Below are positions 1 to 9,506 of a DNA stretch of 64,000 nt, piece by piece. The notes under the pieces were generated by a model. The model saw only the letters and a list, made by a program, of their open reading frames with translations, was not told where the DNA came from and searched no databases. Numbering within the stretch: the first letter of the stretch is position 1; each line of letters starts with the position of its first letter. A program made the translations under genes and the position numbers. The stretch comes from Nitrospinota bacterium. Its GTDB lineage: Bacteria; JADFOP01. The stretch is from NCBI GenBank assembly GCA_022562795.1, contig JADFOP010000003.1:25197-89196 (forward strand), given 5' to 3'.

Positions 1-606
1 TCCTGGTGGGCTTGGCGTTGACCAATAATCTGTTTGGCCAGCTTCTCGCGGAAGGAAGGATCGACCGGAAAGCCCAAGTTGCTTGCGGCATCCAGTTCAT
101 CGGCCGCCCGTTTGTAATCACCAAAGTAGCAGTAAACGATAGCCAGGTTGTTTCGGGCGCCGGCGAGGCTTGGCTCGAGCGGCCCGAGTTCCACGGCCCG
201 CTCCAGGGCGGTCTTGGCCATCTGGTAGGCTCGGTTACGGATGTACAGCACGCCCATCCCGGCGAAAGCTTCGGCTCGATTGGGATCGCGTTCAAGCGCC
301 GCCTGGAAGTTCGCTGCCGCTCGGTCTTCGTCGCCATTCTGTAAGTAGGCGTCCCCAAGCTCAACCCACCACGATACCTCGGGATTCTCGGCCACGGCAA
401 TTGCCGCCTCCAGGTCGTCCGCCGCCTCACTCGCGCGCCCTAGCCGAAGCCGGCAGCGTCCCGCCTGCGCCCGGGTCTCGGCGGATTTGTCATCGAGCGA
501 GATGGCCTCCTGGTAGGCCTCCAGGGCATCGGCCCATCGGCCTATCATGAAGGCCCGCCCGGCACGGGCCAAAGCATCAACGGCGCCATCGAGGCTATCA
601 CTCATC
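1..606 (-). CDS. TPR repeat protein (3' end runs off window start)
   Basis: Reverse-strand translation from ATG (rc of 604-606) gives MSDSLDGAVDALARAGRAFMIGRWADALEAYQEAISLDDKSAETRAQ... with repeated A/L/Y/G TPR-like 34-aa periodicity. No stop before position 1. The forward ORF 6..344 is its antisense shadow. Confidence 0.6.
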
Positions 607-664
607 GTAGAAAATTATCTCCTAGTTGAAGGTCCGGGGAGTCTAACGCACCGAGGGCGGGAAA

Positions 665-1420
665 TCAAGGCTCCCCCAAAGGAGCCTGCCCGCTCAGCCA
701 CCGGGTTAGCTTGGCAGAGACCTCGGGATTGACGGGCAGCTCCCCGTGGTTCAACCATCGGGCCAGGTAGGCCGCGATATCTCCCTCTAGCATCACATCG
801 GGGAGTTGATGGAGACTCACTTCGACGAGCTCCGCCTGGCTGAGCTCCCCGGCGACGGCGTCGATGCCTTCAATTAGTGAGGGGATGTCTCCCGCCCCGC
901 GAAGCAGGAGAGTTGGCACCTGCCTGTCCGGCACGGGGCCCAGAGCCTGGAGAAGCATAAGTACGGCCTCGGGAGAGGCCTGGTTGACTTTTGTGGAGGA
1001 GAGCTTCGTCAAGACCTCCCGGCCCTCCAGCGAGGGCTTTGAGGGGACCGCCGGCGAGATGGCCACCAGCAGGTCGGCCTCGCTCATCAATGCGAGCCGC
1101 CCGGCCAGGGAGTGGCCGATGACGGCTACCGGGAGCCCCGGCCATCGCTCTCGGCAGTATCCCACGGCGCCGTTGATGTCGCCTAAGATCTCCTCGCCCA
1201 AGGGAGCTGGGTGCTCGCCGTGTCCTCTGAGATCGATAACCAAGGCGGCCCAGCCGTCTTCGGCCACCTTGACCCCCAGCCCTATAACGGCCTCTTTGGA
1301 CGAGGCGTAGCCGTGAGCGACGACGGCCGCTCCCCTCGTGGGGACTTCGGGAAGGATGAGGTAGGCAGGGACCGCCGCACCGTCGGAAGCTCGGCAGTCG
1401 TTGACGCGTTCAATCTCCAT
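665..1420 (-). CDS. alpha/beta hydrolase (dienelactone hydrolase-like)
   Basis: GHSLAG nucleophile elbow (GxSxG), HGYASS and HGEHP motifs. 251 aa. Confidence 0.6.
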   Translation of the reverse strand: MEIERVNDCRASDGAAVPAYLILPEVPTRGAAVVAHGYASSKEAVIGLGVKVAEDGWAALVIDLRGHGEHPAPLGEEILGDINGAVGYCRERWPGLPVAVIGHSLAGRLALMSEADLLVAISPAVPSKPSLEGREVLTKLSSTKVNQASPEAVLMLLQALGPVPDRQVPTLLLRGAGDIPSLIEGIDAVAGELSQAELVEVSLHQLPDVMLEGDIAAYLARWLNHGELPVNPEVSAKLTRWLSGQAPLGEP

Positions 1421-1512
1421 GGCGGCCGCCCCTCAAGCTCTTCGTAAGAGAAAGGGGCCCCTGCCCTCCGCGGAGCAGGAGCCCCAGTCGCCCTAGAGGG
1501 TATAGATGGAGC

Positions 1513-3177
1513 TCAATTACCCACGCGTTCCTTTTCCCACTCCCTGACGATTCTTCGAAGCAGCTTGCCCGTCGGCGTCTTCGGGAGGCTCTCCACGAAG
1601 TGGAGCTCGCGCGGGAGCTTGTAGACGGCGACGTGGTCCCGGCAGGAATCGACAATCTCCTTTTTGAGCTCATCGCTTTCCTCAGAGCCCTCCGCCAGGA
1701 CGCAGTAGGCGACGGTGTTCTCACCCCGAACGGGGTCGGGCGAGCCGATGACACAGGAGTCGGCCACCGCCGGATGCAAAAGGAGGGCCTCTTCCACCTC
1801 GGCGGGCCCGATGCGGTAGCCCGAGGACTTAATCATGTCGCCCTCGCGGGAGACGAAGAAGATGTAGCCCTCATCATCGCGGTAGACGGCGTCGCCTAGG
1901 ATGTTCCAGCCGTTTCGGACCGCCGACTTCTGGTTCTCAAGCAACCGCTCGTCGTCTACGTACGGCTTCCAGTAACAGATGCCCGTGGGCCCTTTGATGG
2001 CCAGCGAGCCGACCTCCTGGGGCGGACACTCCTCGCCCTCTTCATTGAGGACCCGGATGTCGAAGCCGGGCAGTTTCCATCCAATCGAGGAGGAGTTCGG
2101 CTCTGGAGCGACGGCGTTGGAAGTCACCAGGTGGATCATCTCTGTGGCGCCGAGCCCCTCGTAAATCTCGTGACCTGTCTTCGCCTTCCAGGCATCGAAC
2201 GTCGCCGGGGTCAGAGAGTCGCCCCCGGTGGTGTACATCCGGACGCTGGAGAAGTCGAAATCCGAGAAGTTCTTCTGGGCCAGGAGGACCCTGTAGGCCG
2301 TCGGCAGACCCGTGAAGACTGTAATCTGGTGCTTTGGGACGAGACTGAGCATCTCCTGGGGCTCGAACCTTGGAATGAGGCTCACGGCTGAGCCGAAGCG
2401 AAATGGGATGAGAGCGAATGTGCCGTAGCCGGCGGCGAAGGAGACGGGTGCGCCACCGCCCAGGGTATCCTCCGGGGTGAGCTTCCAGACGTGCTTGCCC
2501 ACGATGTCCGTCTCAATGAGGGTCTGGCCCACGAAGTGGCAGCAGCCCTTGGGGGGACCCGTCGTGCCGGAAGTGTAGAGGATTAAAGCGAGGTCGTCCT
2601 TCTTCATCTTGGTCGGCTCGAGCTCGGGGCTTCCCGCCCCCACGAGCTTCTCAAAAGAGAGCAGGCCCTTGCCTTCAAGCTCCTCCGCATCACCACCCGA
2701 GATGATAATGTGCTTGGTGAACTCCATGGCCTCTCGGGCCTTTTCCACCTCGGGGAGTATGGGGGCGGTGCTGAACAGGCCAACCGCCTCGGCGTTGTTT
2801 GCGGCGAAGGATATCTCGTCTTTCGACCATAGAGGGCTCATTGTAATCGGCACGGCGCCGATCTTCATAATGGCGAAGTTCGCGATTATCGCCGCCGGGC
2901 CGTTTGTCATCCTGAGCGCAATCCGGTCGAGGGATTCCACCCCCAGCTCCTTCAGGCTGTTGCCCAGGCTGTTTACGGATTCGTAGACCTGCTGGTAGGT
3001 CCAGCTTTTGTCCATGAACTTAATCGCAACGTTGTCGCCCCGTCCCTCCTTGATGTGGATGTCCAGCATCTCTTCGGTGAGGTTGATCTCGTCGGGAAGG
3101 TTCTCATACTCGGCAGGTATAAGGTAATCCGGCAGAAGGTCCGGGGGGGGCAGGCAGTCCTCACGAATTTTTGCCAT
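1513..3177 (-). CDS. AMP-dependent acyl/aryl-CoA synthetase (ligase)
   Basis: AMP-binding signature LILYTSGTTGPPKG, GYGTFA, YRIGPAEVEEAL and C-terminal LPKTPTGKLLRR. GAGGAGGA RBS before the ATG at 3177. Confidence 0.85.
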   Translation of the reverse strand: MAKIREDCLPPPDLLPDYLIPAEYENLPDEINLTEEMLDIHIKEGRGDNVAIKFMDKSWTYQQVYESVNSLGNSLKELGVESLDRIALRMTNGPAAIIANFAIMKIGAVPITMSPLWSKDEISFAANNAEAVGLFSTAPILPEVEKAREAMEFTKHIIISGGDAEELEGKGLLSFEKLVGAGSPELEPTKMKKDDLALILYTSGTTGPPKGCCHFVGQTLIETDIVGKHVWKLTPEDTLGGGAPVSFAAGYGTFALIPFRFGSAVSLIPRFEPQEMLSLVPKHQITVFTGLPTAYRVLLAQKNFSDFDFSSVRMYTTGGDSLTPATFDAWKAKTGHEIYEGLGATEMIHLVTSNAVAPEPNSSSIGWKLPGFDIRVLNEEGEECPPQEVGSLAIKGPTGICYWKPYVDDERLLENQKSAVRNGWNILGDAVYRDDEGYIFFVSREGDMIKSSGYRIGPAEVEEALLLHPAVADSCVIGSPDPVRGENTVAYCVLAEGSEESDELKKEIVDSCRDHVAVYKLPRELHFVESLPKTPTGKLLRRIVREWEKERVGN

Positions 3178-3253
3178 CTCAGTCCTCCTCCTCTTTAGGG
3201 GGAGAGGTGGAGCGGCACGCGCTTTTAAAGGCCGCCCCGACCTGGAACTCTTC

Positions 3254-3646
3254 CTACTCGGGAAGCCCGTCGGAGATAATCAAGTCGATCGCTTCGTTGA
3301 CTAGGAGCATCTTTGCTAATACCTTGTCGGTCCGCGGAAAGACCTCCGAGGGCTTTTTGTCGTCGCCTTTGTAAAAGCCGCTCAGAGCGGGGACGTCCTT
3401 GCCGAAGTTTTCCTCCAGGCCTCCCTTTGCACCAAAGATGGCCCGCTTGTCCATGGGCGGAGAGTTACAGGCCGCGTGATAATCCCTGAAGACGTCCACT
3501 CCGGAGGCTATGTCGACGATCTCGACCTCCACCCCTTTGCCCTCAAGATCTTTGAGCTGCTCGAGGGCCTTGTCGTTGTCACACGGATAGGTCTCCCCAA
3601 CCTCATCCTGAGTGCTGTAGAAAAACTTCACCTTTTCAAATCGCAT
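3254..3646 (-). CDS. hypothetical small protein (possible thioredoxin-like fold)
   Basis: 130-aa ORF preceded by a GGAGGA RBS. YPCDNDK and HAACN motifs. No confident family assignment. Confidence 0.45.
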   Translation of the reverse strand: MRFEKVKFFYSTQDEVGETYPCDNDKALEQLKDLEGKGVEVEIVDIASGVDVFRDYHAACNSPPMDKRAIFGAKGGLEENFGKDVPALSGFYKGDDKKPSEVFPRTDKVLAKMLLVNEAIDLIISDGLPE

Positions 3647-3828
3647 AGCCTGAAATCCTCCACATTCGTTTTTCGGATTACCGACAACACCGTCACGGCT
3701 CTGCCTGTGTTTTGTGTGTCCGGTAGGTAGAAATTGTCTACCGTACCGCTATTAATTATTAATGCTTCTCCTGTCCTAGAACTCTCAATAGATTGTCTTT
3801 AGGCCGGTCGAATGGTTAAATAGCGTCC

Positions 3829-4218
3829 TCAATACGATAAGTCCTCGACTTGACGGAGCCGATCGGCCAGGTCCTCCCCTTCTAGCTCGTGGAAATCCAC
3901 CCCCAGGGCTTGCTCCAGATTTGCTATCTCTTTCTCCATAAATTCCTTGGGGGGCGCGGAGAAATCGACCATATTTGTATCTCGATTGAGAGTTGCCATG
4001 GCGGCATTGTCGAGACCCCCGGAGCCCAGTTGGAAGGTGACAAAAATCTTCGTCCCCTCCTCGTTCATGTGAACTCCACGAAACCCTTCAAAGAGGTAGT
4101 CATACTCGACCAGGTAGATTTGCTCCCAGACCAGGCTAAGAGCTTCTTCAACCTCGTGGCGCTCAAGGCGTTCGTCCACGCAAAACAGCCTAGAACTCGG
4201 ATGTTTGGGTTTGGACAT
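3829..4218 (-). CDS. hypothetical protein
   Basis: ORF trimmed to internal ATG (MSKPKHPSS...) with a GGAGG RBS. The upstream 42 codons are unsupported. Confidence 0.4.
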   Translation of the reverse strand: MSKPKHPSSRLFCVDERLERHEVEEALSLVWEQIYLVEYDYLFEGFRGVHMNEEGTKIFVTFQLGSGGLDNAAMATLNRDTNMVDFSAPPKEFMEKEIANLEQALGVDFHELEGEDLADRLRQVEDLSY

Positions 4219-4416
4219 AATTGCCCTTCGGCCTCCGGCAACTGCAGATGAGATGCCCTCTAACAGCACAAGACGGCAGGCAATAAGGTGATATTGCCCC
4301 TCACCGCCCGCCGTCCGGTGTACCTTGCCCTTTGGAGGCGGGGGCAAGTCTTACCTGCCCCCGCCTCCAGGCATAGGAGGCTTATCGCTACTTCTGTTGC
4401 CTTACGACTCAGCCAA

Positions 4417-4605
4417 CTATGAGACGATCTCTTCCCTCACGTCGCAACTACTAGGCGCGGTAAAAGCCCCGGCTTGCTCCGCCTTGAAGATGGCGAGCGA
4501 GAAGGGCCATTCCAGCTTGAAGCAATACCCGTGGATGTGTGGGATAATGTCAGCAAACGCAGCCTCTTCGTAGTGCGCACAGGTTTGGCATAGTTCAATG
4601 CCCAT
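4417..4605 (-). CDS. small Cys/His-containing protein (62 aa)
   Basis: Strong AAGGAGGA RBS 8 nt before the ATG. CQTC ... HIHGYC metal-ligand-like spacing. Confidence 0.4.
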   Translation of the reverse strand: MGIELCQTCAHYEEAAFADIIPHIHGYCFKLEWPFSLAIFKAEQAGAFTAPSSCDVREEIVS

Positions 4606-4665
4606 TTATGTTAGTCCTCCTTTCGGTCGACACCCGTAATGTGCCTCATCGAGGCACGCGGGGCG

Positions 4666-5082
4666 TTAGCACATGACGTTGCCTAGCTTCTTGGCGTTGA
4701 AAATCTCCGTCCAGATGGAACCCGTCAGCTCTTCCGGCGTAAGAGGCTTACCGGCCTGCAGGTTGCCTCTGACGTTCGTTGTGAGCTCGCGGCAGACGCC
4801 GTCGAAACCGGCTCGTGCCAGCACCGGGGGAGCCACCTTGCCTTTCTCCGTGATGTACGTCCCCTCGGCGATCGTCTCGGCGAACCCCGGGAGGTTGGTT
4901 TGCACGCCCTCGCGGGCATCCTCCGGCCCCACGGTCATCTGACCGTTTTCCTTCTCAATGTAATACACCTTGTCGCATCCCGCGCAGGAGACGTTGCCTA
5001 CGAAGAACAAGAAGGTGTATGGGTCCAGGTAGTTCCTGACTCCACATTCACATTCGATCGTCGACTGGTTTCTTGTCGTCAC
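4666..5082 (-). CDS. zinc-ribbon hypothetical protein
   Basis: GAGGAGGA RBS. N-terminal CEC-x20-CAGC four-Cys ribbon. No recognisable OB fold (so not a clear DUF35/BbsA-type). Confidence 0.45.
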   Translation of the reverse strand: MTTRNQSTIECECGVRNYLDPYTFLFFVGNVSCAGCDKVYYIEKENGQMTVGPEDAREGVQTNLPGFAETIAEGTYITEKGKVAPPVLARAGFDGVCRELTTNVRGNLQAGKPLTPEELTGSIWTEIFNAKKLGNVMC

Positions 5083-5172
5083 TCAGCGTTCCTCCTCTCG
5101 ATAACTGTTACGGAGGGCGCGGAATAGGTGGCGTGAGCCACCTATTCCGTCCCTTGAACGTAGAGGTCTTCC

Positions 5173-6561
5173 TCAGATGATCATCTGCTCCTCCAGATCG
5201 CGAATGTACCCCATGGAGAAGCCCAGCACCTTCTGGTAGATGTACTCGTTGTCCGCTCCCACCGGCTTCATCTCCCACTTAATCCGGCGGGGGGTTTCGG
5301 ACATATGGGCGAGGGTGCCCTGGTGGCACAGCTCTCCAAAGCTTGGATCATCCAACCAGATAATCTCACCCCGTTGTAGGTAGTGCTCTTGGTTGGCCAC
5401 CTCCTTGCTGTTCCAAACGGGCTGGCAGTTGATCCCGGCCTCTATCAGGATGGCCTCGGCTTCTTCCTTGGTCTTGTCTGAGGCCCACGCTTCGACCTCG
5501 GGATAGATCTTGTACTGATTCTCAGCATTTACCCGGTCGTCGTGCGTCGGGTACGCCGTGGCCAGGTCGTCTCTGCCTATGACTTTGCAGAGCTTCGCGA
5601 AGTCTTCGTTTTCGTAGGCCGAGATGAAGATGTAACCGTTCTCCAGCTCCTGTGGATTGTCCGAGTCGGGGTAGGAGCTCTTGCCGCACATGATAGTCCC
5701 GTGGACGCAGAGCTGGGTGTCGTAGTTACCCCAGCGCTGGCGGATGACGCCGAAGCGACCCCAAAGCGGCAGGGCGTACTCCATCACTCGCGATACGCCG
5801 TGGACCTGGGAGTACTCGAAGTAGTTACCCTGGTTGGACTGGGTCTCGCGCCAGTAAAGCGCCGCCAAGGAGCCGGTGGCCCCGTACTGGCCTCCCCAGA
5901 AGTCAGCCAGCCAGATGCAGTGCTTGGAAGGATTCCCAATGCCTGCGCCGCCCTCTGGGGCCCCCCTCGGCGAGGGAAATCCGGTGATGGAGAAGGCCCC
6001 TCCCTGGGCCTGCCCCAGGATGTCGTAGCTGGCTCGCTTCCGTCCCTGGCCCCAGCCACCGAAACCGCCCTGCCACACCTGGACTAGGCGTGGGTTGACT
6101 TCCTTGGCGGCGTCGTAGCCGAAACCCCAGCGGTGGAAGGTGCCCGGCCGGTAGTTCCACAGCATGATGTCTGTCTTGCGCATCAACGAGTGCATGATGG
6201 TCTTCGCCTCGTCTTTGCGCATGTCGAGCGAGATGAAGTACTTGTTGACATTGGCCGAGGTTACGCCCAAGCCGAGCCCGCGGTCTGGCACCCATCGGGA
6301 GACGGGGAAGAGGTAGGGCTCGTTGTACGGAGTCGTATGCCGCATGGGCTCGCCAAGGCGGGGCATCTCAATCTTGATTACCTCGGCTCCAAGCTCGGCG
6401 AGGTAGGCGCACGAGCTGGGGCCGAGAATGTACTGCGTCGGCGACATGACCCGGTAGCCTTTCAGCGCTTCGGGCTTTGCCCAGGCGCCCTTAGGGTCGA
6501 ATATCGTCCGACAGTAGTCTTCAAATGACAGTGCGTCGAGATCTACGGACACGTATTTCAC
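5173..6561 (-). CDS. family III CoA-transferase (CaiB/BaiF family), subunit 1
   Basis: GYRVMSPTQYILGPSSCAYLAELGAEVIKIEMPRLGEP matches the family III CoA-transferase N-terminal Rossmann motif (LDLS..AGP......GAEVIKVE.P). The start may be the GTG 9 nt downstream with an AAGGGAGG RBS. Confidence 0.85.
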   Translation of the reverse strand: MKYVSVDLDALSFEDYCRTIFDPKGAWAKPEALKGYRVMSPTQYILGPSSCAYLAELGAEVIKIEMPRLGEPMRHTTPYNEPYLFPVSRWVPDRGLGLGVTSANVNKYFISLDMRKDEAKTIMHSLMRKTDIMLWNYRPGTFHRWGFGYDAAKEVNPRLVQVWQGGFGGWGQGRKRASYDILGQAQGGAFSITGFPSPRGAPEGGAGIGNPSKHCIWLADFWGGQYGATGSLAALYWRETQSNQGNYFEYSQVHGVSRVMEYALPLWGRFGVIRQRWGNYDTQLCVHGTIMCGKSSYPDSDNPQELENGYIFISAYENEDFAKLCKVIGRDDLATAYPTHDDRVNAENQYKIYPEVEAWASDKTKEEAEAILIEAGINCQPVWNSKEVANQEHYLQRGEIIWLDDPSFGELCHQGTLAHMSETPRRIKWEMKPVGADNEYIYQKVLGFSMGYIRDLEEQMII

Positions 6562-6569
6562 CTCCCTTT

Positions 6570-8000
6570 CTATATTACGTTGTTCTCGCGAAGCGAGATC
6601 ATATCGTCACGGGTGAGCCCAACCAGCCTGCGGTAGACATCATCGTTGTCGTAGCCGACAGGCCGTCCCAGGAATCGCACCCTAGCGGGCGTGCGGTGGG
6701 ACTGCAATGGGCTCGTACCGTAAAGGACCGGACCGTAGTGCTCGGTATCGACCATGGCCACGTGAACGCGGTACTTGAAGTGCTTGTACTCGGCGACCTC
6801 GTCGGTGAATAGCACACCGCCGGAGGCCACTTCTTCCTCCAAGAGCGCTCCCTCACTCTCCATCCGGGTCAGGTCCTTGCCCCACTCACTGAGCAGCGTG
6901 TAGGTTTTGACCTGGGAGTAGTAGGGAAGCCGGTCGATAACCACCCGCATATTCTCGTCATCGACCATCATCTCTTCAAGCTCCGGCCGGAGCTTGCCTA
7001 CGGTCTTCCAGATGCGGTACCAGAGGCGGTCGTGACCGCCGCCGACCATCAAGAGACCATCTTTCACCGGGTTGACGGCGTAGATGTTGATGGCGAGGTC
7101 CCAGTTACCGAAACGGGGACGGATGGAGCCATCGTAGCCGTACCAGACCCACTGATAGTCGATGATCCGGATGTTGCCGTTGGCGGCAGTGTTCTCGATG
7201 AACTGACCCTTGCCCGAGAGCGTGTCGCGGTGCAGGAGGGCTGCGATCGCGTTCATCGCCGCTCCCGTGCCGGATACGTGGTCCATGGCCATCATGCCGC
7301 TGCGGGTCGGGTGGCCGCCGAAGGCCTTCGGGGCGCCCGTGCCCCACTGGAATCCGCTGGCCGCCTGGCCGGTGGGCTCCAGCATCCAGGGCGTGTCCTT
7401 CTTCGGACCCCACTGGCCGCGCTGGCCGAGCCAGACGTAAATGAGCCGCGGGTTGATCTTGGAGAGCTGGCGGTAGCCGATGCCCCATTCGTCGAACTGT
7501 CCCGGAGGATAGTTCTCAACAACCACGTCGGCATGGACGGCCAGCTTCTTAAAAATCTCGCGGCCCTCTTCCGTCTCAAAGTTCAGCGTGATGGACTGCT
7601 TGTTTCGACACTCGTGGAGGAAGTGAGGACCACACTCCTCACCCGACCTCTTGTCTTTGAAGTACCACTTCTTGCGTCCGAAGGGCACGTACCGACGGGC
7701 CGGGTCCCCACCGGGGGGCTCCACCATGATGGTCTCGGCGCCCAGCTCGGAGAGCATAGAGCTGAACCATCGGGTCTGCATGCTTTTGATTCCGCAGTCA
7801 AGCACCCGCACACGCTCGAGAGCCATGGCCTTGCCAGGGTCGTCTTTGGGGTGCACGTGGTCCTCAAGGAACCTGGACCAGTTGATTTCCGCCTCCGTTG
7901 AGCCCGCATACGCCGTTTCGAAGTCTTCGATGGGCGAAAGCGGCCAGAGACAGATATCGTCACGGTCCGTTTGTTCATATGCTGGATAAGTATCTGCCAT
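6570..8000 (-). CDS. family III CoA-transferase (CaiB/BaiF family), subunit 2
   Basis: RVRVLDCGIKSMQTRWFSSMLSELGAETIMVEPPGGDPARR signature. AAGGAGGG RBS. Paralogous to, and 9 nt upstream of, the preceding transferase, giving a BbsEF-like heteromeric pair. Confidence 0.85.
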   Translation of the reverse strand: MADTYPAYEQTDRDDICLWPLSPIEDFETAYAGSTEAEINWSRFLEDHVHPKDDPGKAMALERVRVLDCGIKSMQTRWFSSMLSELGAETIMVEPPGGDPARRYVPFGRKKWYFKDKRSGEECGPHFLHECRNKQSITLNFETEEGREIFKKLAVHADVVVENYPPGQFDEWGIGYRQLSKINPRLIYVWLGQRGQWGPKKDTPWMLEPTGQAASGFQWGTGAPKAFGGHPTRSGMMAMDHVSGTGAAMNAIAALLHRDTLSGKGQFIENTAANGNIRIIDYQWVWYGYDGSIRPRFGNWDLAINIYAVNPVKDGLLMVGGGHDRLWYRIWKTVGKLRPELEEMMVDDENMRVVIDRLPYYSQVKTYTLLSEWGKDLTRMESEGALLEEEVASGGVLFTDEVAEYKHFKYRVHVAMVDTEHYGPVLYGTSPLQSHRTPARVRFLGRPVGYDNDDVYRRLVGLTRDDMISLRENNVI

Positions 8001-8153
8001 TCAGCTACTCCCTCCTTATATTGCGTTGCGTTACCTTAATAACGCGCATTAGATGAGTAACTCCTCTCTTTCCTTTATCAAACGACTGCTTGACTTCCTC
8101 CCCCCCTTTCTCTCCGAGGTTTGTGGATTGGTTAAGGCGGCACTCCTCTTTAT

Positions 8154-8180
8154 GGTATGAAAGGTATGAAAGGTATGAGT
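8154..8180. repeat. 3 x 9-bp tandem repeat GGTATGAAA / GGTATGAGT in transferase-operon promoter region
   Basis: Direct reading: ggtatgaaa ggtatgaaa ggtatgagt lies between the iclR 3' end and the CoA-transferase start. Confidence 0.5.
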
Positions 8181-8215
8181 CGTGCCACCGCCTCTCTTAG
8201 GTCCAAGCAATGTTT

Positions 8216-9025
8216 TTACCTCTCGCCGCCACTTAACGAGACGGCGATACCATAACCCAACCGGCGGGAGAGCTCGTCCCCAGCATCCTTCATGATGCCT
8301 ATGAGCTCAGTTTCAATCCTCTCGTCAGGCATCCGGGACGAGGGTCCGGCGATGCTGATGCCCGCCACCACCTGCTGGGTGTAGTCTCTGATGGGTACCG
8401 CTACACAACTCACGTTGTTTTCAAATTCCTCTCTGTCTACAGCGCACCCCTGCTCTGCCACATCCTTTAGATGGGCTTTTAAGGCTCCCATGTCCGTAAT
8501 TGTGGTTTCCGTGTAGGGATGCAATGGTTCGTCGCCATACAGCTCTTCGAACTTCTCCGGCTCCTGGTAGGCAAGCTGGGCTTTTCCGACGGCGGTACAA
8601 TATGCCTTGAGGCGCCGCCCGATTCGTGGAGCAATACGGACGGCCTGTGTGGTTTCGACCCCGTCGAGGTAGACCACATCGCCGTTCTGCAAGAGCGCCA
8701 GGTATGCAGATTCGTTACAGGCGGCAACGATTTTCTCCAATATGGGCCGGGCCTCTTGAATAAGCTTGAGATGGGCAACGAAGTTCTGACCAAGCTCAAA
8801 AATCCTCAATCCCAGGCGATAGTTTCCCGTCAGTTTATTCTGCTCTACGTAACCTTTGGCCTCCAGGGTCCCTAGCAGCCGTAATATATTGTTTTTGTTA
8901 AGACCCTGACGCTTAGCAAGCTCTGTAACTCCTAGCTCGTCATCGGGACCAGCCAGGTTTTCCAAAATATCCAGAGCGTTGTTGACGGACTGGACGACAT
9001 ACCGGCTCCTTTCCCGTTTGACCAT
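8216..9025 (-). CDS. IclR family transcriptional regulator
   Basis: N-terminal HTH (ILENLAGPDDELGVTELAKRQGLNKNNILRLLGTLEAKGYVEQ) and C-terminal IclR effector-domain pattern. Confidence 0.85.
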   Translation of the reverse strand: MVKRERSRYVVQSVNNALDILENLAGPDDELGVTELAKRQGLNKNNILRLLGTLEAKGYVEQNKLTGNYRLGLRIFELGQNFVAHLKLIQEARPILEKIVAACNESAYLALLQNGDVVYLDGVETTQAVRIAPRIGRRLKAYCTAVGKAQLAYQEPEKFEELYGDEPLHPYTETTITDMGALKAHLKDVAEQGCAVDREEFENNVSCVAVPIRDYTQQVVAGISIAGPSSRMPDERIETELIGIMKDAGDELSRRLGYGIAVSLSGGER

Positions 9026-9506
9026 TATGATTCAGTCCTACGACGAACCGGGAACGCCGTCAACACGATATAGACTCTCCAGACCTTGCTTGGCCTGGAA
9101 ACGTCGGCTGAGGAAAATCTGTGGTAATTCAGTGAATGGTGCGCATGCTGCTAGTGCTTGTAACGTAGATTATAAAAACCCTGTGGCCTTTGTCAAGCGA
9201 AAAATGCAAAAGGACTGCATTATTTTAAACGTCTTTTGGTTTTTCTGGCTGGGAGAATCGAGGCCTCCGTCGCCCTCCTCGCTTAGGGCCTTAGATATGT
9301 GTGATTTACGGCGAATATGGTCGGTGGATAGGCCCCACCATTTCGTTATGGGATGTCTTAAATGGCTCTCGGAATCCCTACGTGGAGCAGGGATGAACCC
9401 CTCCTCAGGGCTCTTTTAAGATGCTGTTTTAAACCCTATCGTAATGGAATCCGTTTCGCGGGGTCCTGTGACAGGAGGGCTGTGGATTAGTTTTCCACAT
9501 CTTGGG

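Noticed and set aside
6-344. Forward ORF of 112 aa at window start
   Set aside because: It lies antisense to a much better-supported minus-strand TPR gene (start at 606, clear TPR periodicity). Its composition is G/R-rich shadow-ORF-like.
8177-8188. 12-mer gagtcgtgccac shared with 19537..19548
   Set aside because: A single shared 12-mer is within chance expectation for a 64-kb window. Only the 19.5-kb copy has a proper -12 TTGC element.
8979-9419. 146-aa plus-strand ORF in the iclR-larC spacer
   Set aside because: It has no RBS, starts inside the iclR coding end, and its sequence has no domain-like features. It is probably non-coding promoter DNA for iclR.
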